NCBI GenBank assembly: GCA_025930755.1
Contig: JAICOJ010000006.1
Span: forward strand, 7,109 to 71,108
Source of the DNA: Gemmatimonadaceae bacterium
Lineage (GTDB): Bacteria; Gemmatimonadota; Gemmatimonadetes; Gemmatimonadales; Gemmatimonadaceae
DNA length: 64,000 nt
Reading direction: 5' to 3'
A program made the translations under genes and the position numbers. The notes under the pieces are model-generated. The model was not told the DNA's origin and ran no database searches. It saw nothing but the letters and a program-made list of their open reading frames with translations. Positions within the stretch are counted from its first letter, which is position 1. Each line of letters starts with the position of its first letter. Below, piece after piece: positions 48,978-58,530 of this stretch.

Positions 48978-49964
48978 ATGCCGATCATCACATATCGTGA
49001 CGCGTTGAACCAGGCCCTCCGTGAGGAGATGCAGCGGGACGACCGCGTGTTCCTCATGGGTGAGGAGGTGGGTGTCTATCAGGGCGCGTACAAGGTCTCG
49101 AAGGGGATGCTTCAGGAGTTCGGCGAGATGCGCGTCGTCGATACACCGATTACCGAACTGGGATTTGCCGGCGTGGGCGTCGGTGCCGCGATGGTCGGGT
49201 TGCGTCCGATCATCGAGTTCATGACCTGGAATTTCGCGCTTCTCGCGCTCGATCAGGTCGTCAACTCCGCGGCCAAGATGCTGTCCATGTCGGGCGGACA
49301 GTATCCCATGGCCATGGTGTTCCGCGGACCTAACGGGGCCGCGCTTCAGCTCTCGGCGCAACACTCGCAGGCATGGGAGTCGTGGCTCGCACACATCCCC
49401 GGGCTCAAGGTCGTCGCGCCGGGGACACCCTACGATGCCAAGGGACTGCTGAAGAGCGCCATCCGCGACGACAACCCCGTGATCGTGCTCGAGGGCGAAA
49501 TGCTCTACAACACGAAGGGCGAGGTCCCGGAGAACGAGGAGGTCGTCGTACCGCTCGGCCAAGCGGAGGTGAAGCGCGAGGGGGCCGATGTCTCGTTCAT
49601 TACCTGGGGGAAAATGGTGCTCGTGGCACAACAGGCCGCGGAGCAGCTCGCGAAGGAGAACATCGCCGCGGAGATCATCGATCTCCGCACGCTCAACCCC
49701 ATGGATGCCGATGCGATCGCGTCCTCGGTGAGCAAGACCAATCGCGCCGTGGTGCTCGAGGAAGGATGGTCGGTTGCCGGCTTCGGCGCGCACGTCGCCG
49801 ATTTCGTTCAGCGCGAGTGCTTCGACGATCTGGACGCCCCGGTCCTCCGCGTGCACCAGGAGGACGTGCCGATGCCGTACGCCAAGAATCTGGAGCGCGC
49901 GGCGAAGCCGGATGCGAAGAAGGCGGTCGCCGCGGCGAAGAAGGTGCTTTACCTGGAAAACTGA
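48978..49964 (+). CDS. pdhB: Pyruvate dehydrogenase E1 beta subunit
   Basis: Supporting sequences are ITYRDALNQALREEM, FLMGEEVG.YQGAYKV and VVDTPITE. Confidence 0.9.
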   Translation: MPIITYRDALNQALREEMQRDDRVFLMGEEVGVYQGAYKVSKGMLQEFGEMRVVDTPITELGFAGVGVGAAMVGLRPIIEFMTWNFALLALDQVVNSAAKMLSMSGGQYPMAMVFRGPNGAALQLSAQHSQAWESWLAHIPGLKVVAPGTPYDAKGLLKSAIRDDNPVIVLEGEMLYNTKGEVPENEEVVVPLGQAEVKREGADVSFITWGKMVLVAQQAAEQLAKENIAAEIIDLRTLNPMDADAIASSVSKTNRAVVLEEGWSVAGFGAHVADFVQRECFDDLDAPVLRVHQEDVPMPYAKNLERAAKPDAKKAVAAAKKVLYLEN

Positions 49965-50025
49965 GGAACACTGAAAGAGGAACGAGAAGGCACACGCGCT
50001 TCCTCGTTCCTTCTTCCTCGTTCCT
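49965..50025. repeat. Hairpin (GAGGAACGAGG-type, copy E) between pdhB and the E2 gene
   Basis: It starts right after the TGA at 49962-49964. ggaacgag (49979-49986) pairs with ctcgttcc (50003-50010). The right arm carries cttcctcgttcc twice in tandem. Confidence 0.65.
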
Positions 50026-50047
50026 TGTCCCACACAGAGACTCGTCC

Positions 50048-51427
50048 ATGGCAACCAAGGTCGTAATGGAGGCGCTCTCCCCCACCATGGAGGAGGGCCG
50101 CCTGGTGAAGTGGCTGAAGAACGAGGGCGACAAGATCGCGTCGGGCGAAACCCTCGCCGAGGTCGAGACCGATAAGGCGGTCATGGAGCTGGTGGCACGC
50201 GGCGAGGGCGTGTTGCGCAAGCGACTGCTCGGCGAGGGGGCGACCGCGCCTGTTGGTCAACTCGTGGCGGTGATCGCCGCACCTGACGAGAACATCGACG
50301 CCCTGATCGGCGGGGCGGGTGGGGATGCCGCGCCGGCCAAGGACGCGAAGCCCGCCGAGGAAGTCGTCGCGAAGACCGAGGAGACGGCTGGGGCCTCGTC
50401 AGTGCCTCGCGCGACCGAGCAGGCGCAGGGCGAGGCATCTGCGCCACCGCAGCAGAAGGTCCCCGCGTTTCGAATGGGGACCGCCGCCCCGAAGGGCCAG
50501 GCGCCGCCGAGTCCGACGCCCGCCACCGAGCAGCCGCGTGACGGCGGCAACGGTGAAGGCCGCGCGCGCACCTCGCCATTGGCGCGGCGCCTGGCGCGGG
50601 AGCGTGGGCTGGACCTGCAGACCGTCCGCGGCACGGGCCCCGGGGGGAGGATCATCAAGCGCGACATCGAGGCGGCCGTCGCGGAAGGAGTGGCCGCCCA
50701 GCCGGCCGCTGCGGGCGCGCCCGCGGCGGCGCCGCCGCGCGAGGGGGACTTCAACGACGTCCCGCTCACGCAGATGCGGAAGACGATCGCGCGCCGCCTT
50801 TCCGAGTCCCTCGGCCCGATCCCGACGTTCTATCTCACCGCCGATTTCGACATGGACCGCGTGGCCGAGATGCGCACCGCGATGGTCGAGATGGGCGACG
50901 AGTTCAAGGTCTCGGTGAACGACATCGTCATGAAAGCGGTCGCGACCGCCCTCACGCTGCACCCCGAAGTCAACGCCCACTGGCTCGGCGATCGCATTCG
51001 CTATTTCAACCGCGTGCACCTCGGCATGGCGGTCGCGGTAGAGGACGGGCTCATCACGCCGGTGATCTTCGATGCCGACCGCAAGCGCATGAGCGAGATC
51101 TCCCGCGAAGCGCGCGAGCTCGCGAAGCGCGCGCGCGACCGCCGTCTCAAGCCTGACGAGTACACGGGCGCGACGTTCTCCGTGTCGAATCTGGGGATGT
51201 TCGGCATTGAGCACTTCACCGCGATCATCAACCCGCCGGAGACGGCGATTCTCGCGATCGGCGCTGTCGAGAAGAAGCCGGTCTACGTCAACGGCGAGCT
51301 CGCCGCGCGCCAACGGATGCGAGTGACGATGAGCTGCGACCACCGCGTGATCGACGGCGCCACCGGCGCGCGCTTCCTGCAGACGCTACGCCGGATGCTC
51401 GAGAATCCGCTCATGCTGGTGTACTGA
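50048..51427 (+). CDS. pdhC: Dihydrolipoamide acetyltransferase (E2)
   Basis: It has the lipoyl domain LAEVETDKAVMEL, an Ala/Pro-rich linker, the E3-binding domain SPLARRLARERGLDL..GTGPGGRI and the catalytic motif DHRVIDGA. Confidence 0.9.
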   Translation: MATKVVMEALSPTMEEGRLVKWLKNEGDKIASGETLAEVETDKAVMELVARGEGVLRKRLLGEGATAPVGQLVAVIAAPDENIDALIGGAGGDAAPAKDAKPAEEVVAKTEETAGASSVPRATEQAQGEASAPPQQKVPAFRMGTAAPKGQAPPSPTPATEQPRDGGNGEGRARTSPLARRLARERGLDLQTVRGTGPGGRIIKRDIEAAVAEGVAAQPAAAGAPAAAPPREGDFNDVPLTQMRKTIARRLSESLGPIPTFYLTADFDMDRVAEMRTAMVEMGDEFKVSVNDIVMKAVATALTLHPEVNAHWLGDRIRYFNRVHLGMAVAVEDGLITPVIFDADRKRMSEISREARELAKRARDRRLKPDEYTGATFSVSNLGMFGIEHFTAIINPPETAILAIGAVEKKPVYVNGELAARQRMRVTMSCDHRVIDGATGARFLQTLRRMLENPLMLVY

Positions 51428-51428
51428 C

Positions 51429-51519
51429 GAACGAGGACGAGGAACGAGGAAGCGGTATGCACGCTCCCGTGCGCTGGCCGAAAGCGCCGCTTCCTCGTTC
51501 CTGGTTCCTCGTTCTTTTT
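51429..51519 (+). terminator. Long hairpin (GAGGAACGAGG-type, copy F) plus T-run after the E2 gene
   Basis: gaacgaggacgaggaacgaggaagcgg (51429-51455) pairs with ccgcttcctcgttcctggttcctcgttc (51487-51514) with one bulge. It is followed by ttttt (51515-51519) and starts 2 nt after the TGA. Confidence 0.7.
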
Positions 51520-51549
51520 CACACTCGACTCTAAACACTGCAAGGACTC

Positions 51550-52953
51550 ATGGCTTCATTTGACGTGATCTTCATCGGCGGCGGCCCCGCGGGCTACGTC
51601 GGCGCAATTCGGTGTGCGCAGCTCGGACTGTCCGTCGCCGTGTTCGAGAAGGAGAAGCTCGGGGGCACGTGTGTGGTCATCGGCTGCATCCCCGCGAAGG
51701 CGATGCTCGAGGCCGCCAACCTCGCCAATCACGTGCGGCACGCCAAGGAGTTCGGCGTCAACGTCGGCGATGTCTCGTTCGACTACGGCGTGGCGATGAA
51801 GCGGTCGCGAGGCGTGAGCGACCAGAACGTGAAGGGCGTGGAGTTCCTCTTCAAGAAGAACAAGGTAACGTGGACGAAGGGCACGGCGCGGCTCGGCGGC
51901 GGGAGCTCCGTCGTCGTAAAGACCGCGGAGGGGAAGGAAGAGAAGCACGAGGCGAAGAAGGGCATCGTCATCGCCACCGGCTCCCGCGTAAAGGGGCTTC
52001 CACAGGTGGGGCTCGAGCTCAACAAGAAGACGGTGATCTCGTCGGATGACGCGTTACTGCTCGAGAAGGCGCCCAAGTCGATGGCGGTCATCGGCGCTGG
52101 CGCGGTGGGCTGCGAGCTCGCCGACGTTTTCAACGCCTTCGGCACCGAGGTCGCCCTCATCGAGGTGATGCCGAACATTTTGCCGCTCGAGGACGCGGAG
52201 GTGTCAGCCGCCCTCACCCGTGCGTTCAAGAAGCGTGGCATCAACGTGATCGCCGGCGCGAAGATCGGCAATGTGAAGGTCGGCAAGGACTCGGTGGCGA
52301 TGTCGATCGAGTCGGGCGGCGCGAAGACCGACCTCAAGGTCGACGTTGTGCTCGTGGCGGCCGGACGTGCTCCGGTCGTCGAGGACCTCGGGCTCAAGGA
52401 AGCCGGCGTGCAGCTCACCGAGCGCGGCTTCATCAAGATCGACGAGCAGTTCCGCACGGCCGCCAAGGGCGTCTTCGCGATCGGTGATGTCGCGGGCCCC
52501 CCGATGCTCGCCCACAAGGGATCACGCGAGGGCATCGTGCTCGCCGAGCAGCTCGCCGGCAAGCACGCGCATGCGATGAACTACGGCAACATTCCGAACG
52601 CGACGTACTGTCACCCCGAAGTCGCGTCGATCGGCCTCACCGAGCAGCAGTGCAAGGACAAGAAGCTCGAATACAAGGTCGGGAAGTTTCCCTTCTCCGC
52701 GAACGGCCGCGCTCGCACGAGCGGTGAGACCGACGGCTTCGTGAAGATCATTCGCGACGCGAAGTACGGCGAGATTCTGGGCGCGCACATCATCGGACCG
52801 CACGCGACGGAGCTGATCCACGAGCTGGCCGTCGCGCGCGAAAACGAGTACACCGTCGAGGAGATCGACCTTGCCGTCCACGCGCATCCGACGCTGTCGG
52901 AGGCGGTAGCGGAGGCGGCCCTCGACTCGATGGGAAGGATGATCCACGCGTGA
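51550..52953 (+). CDS. lpdA: Dihydrolipoyl dehydrogenase (E3)
   Basis: It has IGGGPAGY, the redox-active disulfide GGTCVVIGCIPAK and HAHPTLSE. Confidence 0.95.
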   Translation: MASFDVIFIGGGPAGYVGAIRCAQLGLSVAVFEKEKLGGTCVVIGCIPAKAMLEAANLANHVRHAKEFGVNVGDVSFDYGVAMKRSRGVSDQNVKGVEFLFKKNKVTWTKGTARLGGGSSVVVKTAEGKEEKHEAKKGIVIATGSRVKGLPQVGLELNKKTVISSDDALLLEKAPKSMAVIGAGAVGCELADVFNAFGTEVALIEVMPNILPLEDAEVSAALTRAFKKRGINVIAGAKIGNVKVGKDSVAMSIESGGAKTDLKVDVVLVAAGRAPVVEDLGLKEAGVQLTERGFIKIDEQFRTAAKGVFAIGDVAGPPMLAHKGSREGIVLAEQLAGKHAHAMNYGNIPNATYCHPEVASIGLTEQQCKDKKLEYKVGKFPFSANGRARTSGETDGFVKIIRDAKYGEILGAHIIGPHATELIHELAVARENEYTVEEIDLAVHAHPTLSEAVAEAALDSMGRMIHA

Positions 52954-52960
52954 TCTGTGC

Positions 52961-53054
52961 AACGGCAAAGATGATGGAATGCAGAGTACAGAATTCAGAA
53001 TGCAGAGGCGTCGTTGCTGAATTCTGTATTCTGCACTCTGTCATCTTTGCCGTT
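52961..53054. repeat. Long palindromic element (CAGAAT-type, copy D) between lpdA and lipB
   Basis: A near-perfect stem of about 38 bp runs from 52961-52998 to 53017-53054, with clamp aacggcaaagatga/tcatctttgccgtt. The arms are cagaat-type 7-mers. It lies 8 nt after the lpdA stop, and the lipB AAGGAG follows at 53059. Confidence 0.85.
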
Positions 53055-53075
53055 CTCTAAGGAGCCGGGTCCACA

Positions 53076-53756
53076 ATGCACCTTCTCACGACGCAGCTCG
53101 GCACCGTCTCCTACGCGGTCGCCCTGGAGCTCCAGCGCGATCTCGCACGGCGTCGCATCGCCGGGGAGATCGACGAGGACCTGCTCTTGCTGCTCGAGCA
53201 TCCGCCGGTCGTGACGCTCGGCCGCACGGCGAAGGAAGCGCACATCATCTCCTCGCCGGAGCGCCTGCGCGCACGCGGCATCGAGGTGCACGAGGTCGAG
53301 CGGGGCGGCGACGTCACCTTTCACGGCCCCGGACAGCTCGTCGGCTATCCCATCTTCGATCTCAAGCGACACCGCCAGGATTTGCACTGGTACCTGCGAC
53401 AGGTCGAAGAAGCGCTCATCGTCGCGCTCGAAGAGGTCGGCATCGAAGCCGAGCGCAACAGCGGCTACACCGGTGTCTGGACCCGCGGGCGCAAGATCGC
53501 GTCGATCGGCGTGCACGCGCGCGACTGGGTCACCTGGCACGGCTTCGCTCTCAACGTGACGACTGATCTCTCATACTTCGATCTGATCGTCCCCTGCGGC
53601 ATCCCACAGGTGCAGATGACGTCCGTGACCAGGGAGCTGGGAACGAGCCTCACCGTGGATCGCATGTCCGCCGTCGTCGCCCGCGCGTTCGGCGAGGTGT
53701 TCGCCCTGGAGCCGCGCGAGATCGCGCGCGAGATGCTCGAGTCCGTGCCCCGCTGA
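53076..53756 (+). CDS. lipB: Lipoyl(octanoyl) transferase
   Basis: Supporting sequences are RGGDVTFHGPGQLVGYPI, KIASIGVH and WHGFALNV...PCG. Confidence 0.9.
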   Translation: MHLLTTQLGTVSYAVALELQRDLARRRIAGEIDEDLLLLLEHPPVVTLGRTAKEAHIISSPERLRARGIEVHEVERGGDVTFHGPGQLVGYPIFDLKRHRQDLHWYLRQVEEALIVALEEVGIEAERNSGYTGVWTRGRKIASIGVHARDWVTWHGFALNVTTDLSYFDLIVPCGIPQVQMTSVTRELGTSLTVDRMSAVVARAFGEVFALEPREIAREMLESVPR

Positions 53757-53901
53757 CCGCGCGGCACCTCACACTCGCCTGCGCTCGCCGGCAGTTCCCC
53801 GCAAGCCGCTGGAACGTCGCGGAACCGCCGCCTAGCGTGATCGCATCCGGCGCCGGCAATGACTCGCGCAGGTATGCCGGGGATCCGAGCAAGGAGGCGC
53901 C

Positions 53902-54306
53902 ATGCGCTCATTTCGTGCGTTGTCGATCTTGCTGATCGGTCTGGCAGTCCCCGCGTGCGGCTCGTCAGGCGGTACCGAGCCCACGCCTCCGGCTGGCGGC
54001 GGCCCGACCGGGGGAGGTCCGGGCACCGGCGTAACCGTCACCGTCAGCAACAACGACTACTCGCCAGATCAGGTATCCGTCGCACGCGGCACGACGGTGA
54101 CATGGCGGTGGGACAGCTGCAGCGGTGACCCCTACGGCGGGCAGGTGTGCGCCTTCCACAGCGTCACCTTTGACGACGGCGGGCCAAGCGCAGCGGCCCA
54201 GAACGATGGGTCATTCTCCCGGGCGTTCAACAACGCGGGGACCTTCACCTACTACTGCACTTCCCACGGACGCTCGGCCATGTCCGGCAGCGTCGTGGTC
54301 CAGTAG
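53902..54306 (+). CDS. Cupredoxin (plastocyanin/azurin-like blue copper) lipoprotein
   Basis: The lipobox reads GLAVPAC-G. The type-1 copper ligand pattern is H (FHSVTF) ... C-x2-H-x4-M (YYCTSHGRSAM). AAGGAGG lies upstream of the ATG. Confidence 0.75.
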   Translation: MRSFRALSILLIGLAVPACGSSGGTEPTPPAGGGPTGGGPGTGVTVTVSNNDYSPDQVSVARGTTVTWRWDSCSGDPYGGQVCAFHSVTFDDGGPSAAAQNDGSFSRAFNNAGTFTYYCTSHGRSAMSGSVVVQ

Positions 54307-54332
54307 CGCGGCAGAACGTTCCGATGCGGGAC

Positions 54333-54366
54333 GAAGCGCGGAGCCTCCGTCACGATTCCGCGCTTC
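54333..54366 (+). terminator. Possible stem-loop after the cupredoxin gene
   Basis: gaagcgcgg pairs with ccgcgcttc (9 bp, 16-nt loop). There is no U tract. Confidence 0.3.
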
Positions 54367-54384
54367 GACGTATATTGACCCGCG

Positions 54385-56457
54385 ATGTCCGAGCCTCGTG
54401 TCTACGCGCCGCGCGCGAGTCAAAGCCCTGGTGAGCCGCGGGACTTCGCCGCCGAGCTGAATCCCGAGCAACTCGCCGCCGCCACGCACGGCGACGGGCC
54501 GCTGCTCATCGTCGCCGGAGCGGGCACCGGAAAGACCCGCACCCTCGTCTACCGCGTCGCGCATCTCATCGAGCGCGGAGTTCGCCCCGAGCGCATTCTC
54601 CTCCTGACCTTCACGCGCCGCGCCGCACAGGAGATGCTCGCCCGCGCCGAGCGTCTCGCCGGGGCGCGCAGCGGACGCGTACACGGCGGCACCTTCCACG
54701 CAACGGCGCATCGACTCCTTCGCGTGTATGGCCCCGCGGCGGGGCTCGCCAAGGATTTCTCGATCATCGATCAGGGAGACGCTGAAGACCTCATGGGCCT
54801 GTCCCGAGCCGCGCTCGGCTACGCCCAGAAGAAGTCGCGATTCCCCAAGAAGGAAACGCTGCACCACGTGTATTCTCGACATGTGAACACCGGCATCGCC
54901 ATCGAGGACATCATCGCGGCCGAGTACCCGCAGTTCCTCGACTATCGCGAGGATCTCACGCGGATCTACGCCGACTACACCAGCCGCAAGGAAGAACGCA
55001 ACCTCGTCGACTACGATGATCTCCTGCTGTTCTGGGCCGGAATGCTGGAAAGCGACGCGGACCTGGGGAAGCGGGTCTCGGGCCTCTACGACCACGTGCT
55101 CGTGGACGAATATCAGGACACGAACCTGCTGCAGGCGCGCATCCTCCTCGGCATGGCACGTGACCACCGCAATCTCACGGTGGTCGGCGACGATGCGCAG
55201 AGCATTTACGCCTTCCGCGGCGCAACCATCCGCAACATTCTCGACTTCCCGCGCCAGTTCGCCGGGGCCCGCGTCGTCACACTCGAACGCAACTATCGGT
55301 CGACGCAGCCCATCCTCGACGTGACGAACACTCTCATCGCTCGCGCGCGCGAACGATACTCGAAGACGCTGCGCACCGAGCGATCCGGCGGGGAGGCACC
55401 CTGGCTCGTCGCGGCCCGCGACGAGTCGGCGCAAACACGCTTCGTCGTGGATCGGATCCTCGAGCTGCACGAGTCCGGGACGTCCCTCCGCGAGATCGCG
55501 GTGCTGTTCCGCGCCGGCTACATGTCGGCGGACCTGGAGATCGAGCTGACCAATCGAAAGATCCCGTTCGAGAAGTGGGGCGGCCTCAAGTTCCTCGAGG
55601 CGGCGCACGTGAAGGACGTGCTGGCGTTCCTCCGCATCCTCGAAAATCCGCGGGACGAGGTGAGCTGGTATCGGGTGCTCCTGCTGTTACCTGGAATTGG
55701 TGACGCGACGGCGCGCGCCGCCGTCAACGCGATGGCACAGATGGCGTGGACATCGTCGGCATTCGGACGCTTCACGCCCCCCGCTCGTGCGCGCGCCGCG
55801 CATGGCGCCCTGGTGACGCTGCTCGACGAACTGCGCAGCGGGGCCGACCTCGAGGGCCGAACACTCAGCGCCGAGATCGGGCACGTGCGTCGCCTCTACG
55901 ACGACATTCTGCGCGAGCGATACGATCGCCCGGAGCCGCGCCTGGCCGATCTCGATCAGCTGGAGGTGATCGCAGCCGGGTTTCCCTCGCGGGCCGTGTT
56001 TCTCTCCGCGCTGGCGCTCGAGCCGCCGTCATCCACCCAGGATCTCGCCGGTCCAGGTGATCGCGAGCGCGATGTGCTCGTGCTCAGCACGGCACATAGC
56101 GCAAAGGGACGGGAGTGGGACGCCGTGTTCCTGATCTGGGCGGTGGACGGGTTCTTTCCCTCATCGCGCGCGTTGCGGAGCGATGAGGAAACCGAGGAGG
56201 AGCGGCGTCTCATGTACGTCGCCCTCACTCGCGCCCGCAATGACCTCGCGGTCGTTTACCCGCTCAATGCCTATCACTCGCGGCGCGGCGCAGACTACTC
56301 GATGGATCAGCTCTCGCGCTTCATCGACCGTGGCGTGCGCGAGAAAATGCAGCGTGTCGCCACTGGCGAGGAAGCGGTCGAGACCGTCACGGCCGCCGCG
56401 GGACGACAGCTGATCGATCTGCGTGCGCTGATGCGGGGAAAGTTCAGGACGCCGTGA
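54385..56457 (+). CDS. UvrD/PcrA/Rep-family ATP-dependent DNA helicase
   Basis: Supporting motifs are VAGAGTGKTRTL, LVDEYQDTN, VGDDAQSIYAFRGA, LERNYRST, TAHSAKGREWD and LMYVALTRAR. Confidence 0.9.
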   Translation: MSEPRVYAPRASQSPGEPRDFAAELNPEQLAAATHGDGPLLIVAGAGTGKTRTLVYRVAHLIERGVRPERILLLTFTRRAAQEMLARAERLAGARSGRVHGGTFHATAHRLLRVYGPAAGLAKDFSIIDQGDAEDLMGLSRAALGYAQKKSRFPKKETLHHVYSRHVNTGIAIEDIIAAEYPQFLDYREDLTRIYADYTSRKEERNLVDYDDLLLFWAGMLESDADLGKRVSGLYDHVLVDEYQDTNLLQARILLGMARDHRNLTVVGDDAQSIYAFRGATIRNILDFPRQFAGARVVTLERNYRSTQPILDVTNTLIARARERYSKTLRTERSGGEAPWLVAARDESAQTRFVVDRILELHESGTSLREIAVLFRAGYMSADLEIELTNRKIPFEKWGGLKFLEAAHVKDVLAFLRILENPRDEVSWYRVLLLLPGIGDATARAAVNAMAQMAWTSSAFGRFTPPARARAAHGALVTLLDELRSGADLEGRTLSAEIGHVRRLYDDILRERYDRPEPRLADLDQLEVIAAGFPSRAVFLSALALEPPSSTQDLAGPGDRERDVLVLSTAHSAKGREWDAVFLIWAVDGFFPSSRALRSDEETEEERRLMYVALTRARNDLAVVYPLNAYHSRRGADYSMDQLSRFIDRGVREKMQRVATGEEAVETVTAAAGRQLIDLRALMRGKFRTP

Positions 56458-56462
56458 GCGCG

Positions 56463-57545
56463 TCAGGGCCGCACGCGTTCCACCCACCCTCGGAGCTCGG
56501 CGTACGGATCCTCCGGCCGGCGCTTCGCCAGCGCCATGACGCGCGTGATCGCGCGGCGGAGATCGCGCCCTTCAGCCTCGTATACGCGCTCGAACGCATC
56601 GAGATCCGTGAGATAGATCCGTCGGGCGAGGAGCGCAGCGTTGTCGAGCTGTACACGCGAGAGTGCCCGCGGATCGACGCGCCGAAGCTGCGGGCCCACC
56701 GAATCCACCAGCACCGCACGCGCGTGCGCGTAGATCGTGTCACGAGCCGCGAGACGAGCCTCACGGCTGTCGGGATGCGCGCGGTACGCGGAATCGAGCT
56801 GCCGCCATAGCGCCGTCCAGAAGCGCCCGAGCGCCTTGTCGTCCTCCCAGTCGAGCGCGGCAATGCGCGCGCGAACGGAATCCCCCTGTGCCCGGAAGAA
56901 CCACGCCGCGCCGTGCGCACCCACGAACGTCGCGAACGACTCGTTGAAGACCGCCTGTCCAGGCGCATAAAACGTATTGTGCGTGACCTCGTGGATGACG
57001 GTGTTGGCGAGGTCGAGCGAGTCGTAGCGCAGCGTTGTGGACAACAGGGGATCGTTGAACCAGCCGAGCGTGCTGAACGCGGCCGAGGGGCGGAGATACG
57101 TGTCCAGCCCATCGGCCTGGAGGTCGCGAGCCGCTTTCTGTGCGGCGCCAAAATCGAAGAATCCCTTGTACGGAACGCGACCAACGATCGGAAACCACCA
57201 CGTGTGGGCCTCGAGCCGATCGCGATACGCGGCCGACAGCACGAGCACCAGGGTGTCGCGCCGGAGGCGGCTATACGTGGTGAAGCTCTCGCCGACATCG
57301 AGCCCGATCGAGTCGCGCGCGAAGGCACGCGCCGCGAGGACGAGCTCGAGCTTGAGCCGTGTCGCCCGGTCGGTGCTCGGATCCTCGACCAGCCGCGAGA
57401 TCTCCTTTCGGCCCGCGAGGATTCGCGCTTCCTCCCACCCGGCCCGGCTGAGGTAGCAGCCTGTGGGCGTGAGCGCGAGAAACAGCACCACGGCGATGGT
57501 GAGTCCCGCGACCAGACGTTTGACGACCTGCCGCACTCCGGCCAC
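56463..57545 (-). CDS. Predicted aminopeptidase (DUF2265-type zinc peptidase), probably a lipoprotein
   Basis: TVIHEVTHNTFYAPGQAVFNESFATFVG gives HExxH plus a downstream E. The TM/lipobox-like region reads LTIAVVLFLALTPTGC. The start is uncertain (GTG at 57545, 57557 or 57536). The track ORF runs to 57758. Confidence 0.7.
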   Translation of the reverse strand: MAGVRQVVKRLVAGLTIAVVLFLALTPTGCYLSRAGWEEARILAGRKEISRLVEDPSTDRATRLKLELVLAARAFARDSIGLDVGESFTTYSRLRRDTLVLVLSAAYRDRLEAHTWWFPIVGRVPYKGFFDFGAAQKAARDLQADGLDTYLRPSAAFSTLGWFNDPLLSTTLRYDSLDLANTVIHEVTHNTFYAPGQAVFNESFATFVGAHGAAWFFRAQGDSVRARIAALDWEDDKALGRFWTALWRQLDSAYRAHPDSREARLAARDTIYAHARAVLVDSVGPQLRRVDPRALSRVQLDNAALLARRIYLTDLDAFERVYEAEGRDLRRAITRVMALAKRRPEDPYAELRGWVERVRP

Positions 57546-57579
57546 GAGAGACGTCACGGCCTCCCGACAGGAACGCCGC

Positions 57580-58530
57580 CTAACGCCACCACCGGAGCCC
57601 GAACCGGTGCGTCGCCAGCGCGAGCGCATCAAACGACTGATACGCGTAGTCCAGCGCGAAGTGACGGGCACGAACGCCTCCGCCAAACGACACCGGCGAC
57701 GTTGCGGCCCCGTCGCTCTGCGCCAGGGCGCCCACTCGCGCACTGAACGCCAGGCCATTGGCGGAGGTCCACGTCACCTCGGCACCGCCGAGCGGAAGAA
57801 CGTCGCCCTCGCGGTGCTGCGCCACTTCGACGGTGCCGAGGACGTCGAATGGCCCAATGCCTCGCCACGGCAATGACGCGCCGAGCCGAAGAAACCGCGG
57901 GAGCGGCGCACTCGAGCCGGCCGTCGTGAGGTCAGGACCGATATTCTGGACGCTCACGCCGATGGTCGCGCCCCGCCACACATCGATCGCCGCACCGACA
58001 TCGATCGCCGGTGCGCCGCCGCTGGCATCGGCAAGCGACTGGCGCACGTACTTTGCCGCGGCGCCGAGCCGGAGCATGCGCCAGGTCATGCCGTATCCCA
58101 CCGAGGCGGCCACGTCGTTCGCCGACACCGTCCGACCGGTCGCCTCGCCGCGTTCGCACCCCGTGCTGTCATCGCACACGAATTCATCGGCGCTGCCGTA
58201 GCTGAGGACCTGCACCCCGATGCCGACCGTCCCCGGTCCGAGCTGGAATGCCGCGGAGAGTGCCCCGAGCGTGGACCCCTCGATGTACGGCTGCACGGAC
58301 ATGCTCGCCGCACGTCCCTCGACTGTCGCGAGCTGGGCGGTGTTGTAGAAAAGCGAGGCATCATCGGCTCCAGCGGTGACGTACGCTCCGCCGAGGCCCA
58401 GGGCTCGCGCACTCGCTGGGAGCTCGAGGATGATGGCACCCGTGCGCCCGCCCTGTGCCAGCGCGAGCGACGGCGCGACGGCAGCCAGAGCGGCGGTGAG
58501 GCAGACATTCACGTATCGCATCATGATCAC
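57580..58530 (-). CDS. PorV/PorQ-like outer-membrane beta-barrel protein
   Basis: The signal peptide ends SLALA-QG. The motif SARALGLGGAYVTAGADDASLFYNTAQLA resembles the PorV/PorQ family N-terminal signature. The C-terminal strand reads THRFGLRWWR. The start overlaps or abuts the S8 peptidase stop. Confidence 0.6.
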   Translation of the reverse strand: MIMMRYVNVCLTAALAAVAPSLALAQGGRTGAIILELPASARALGLGGAYVTAGADDASLFYNTAQLATVEGRAASMSVQPYIEGSTLGALSAAFQLGPGTVGIGVQVLSYGSADEFVCDDSTGCERGEATGRTVSANDVAASVGYGMTWRMLRLGAAAKYVRQSLADASGGAPAIDVGAAIDVWRGATIGVSVQNIGPDLTTAGSSAPLPRFLRLGASLPWRGIGPFDVLGTVEVAQHREGDVLPLGGAEVTWTSANGLAFSARVGALAQSDGAATSPVSFGGGVRARHFALDYAYQSFDALALATHRFGLRWWR

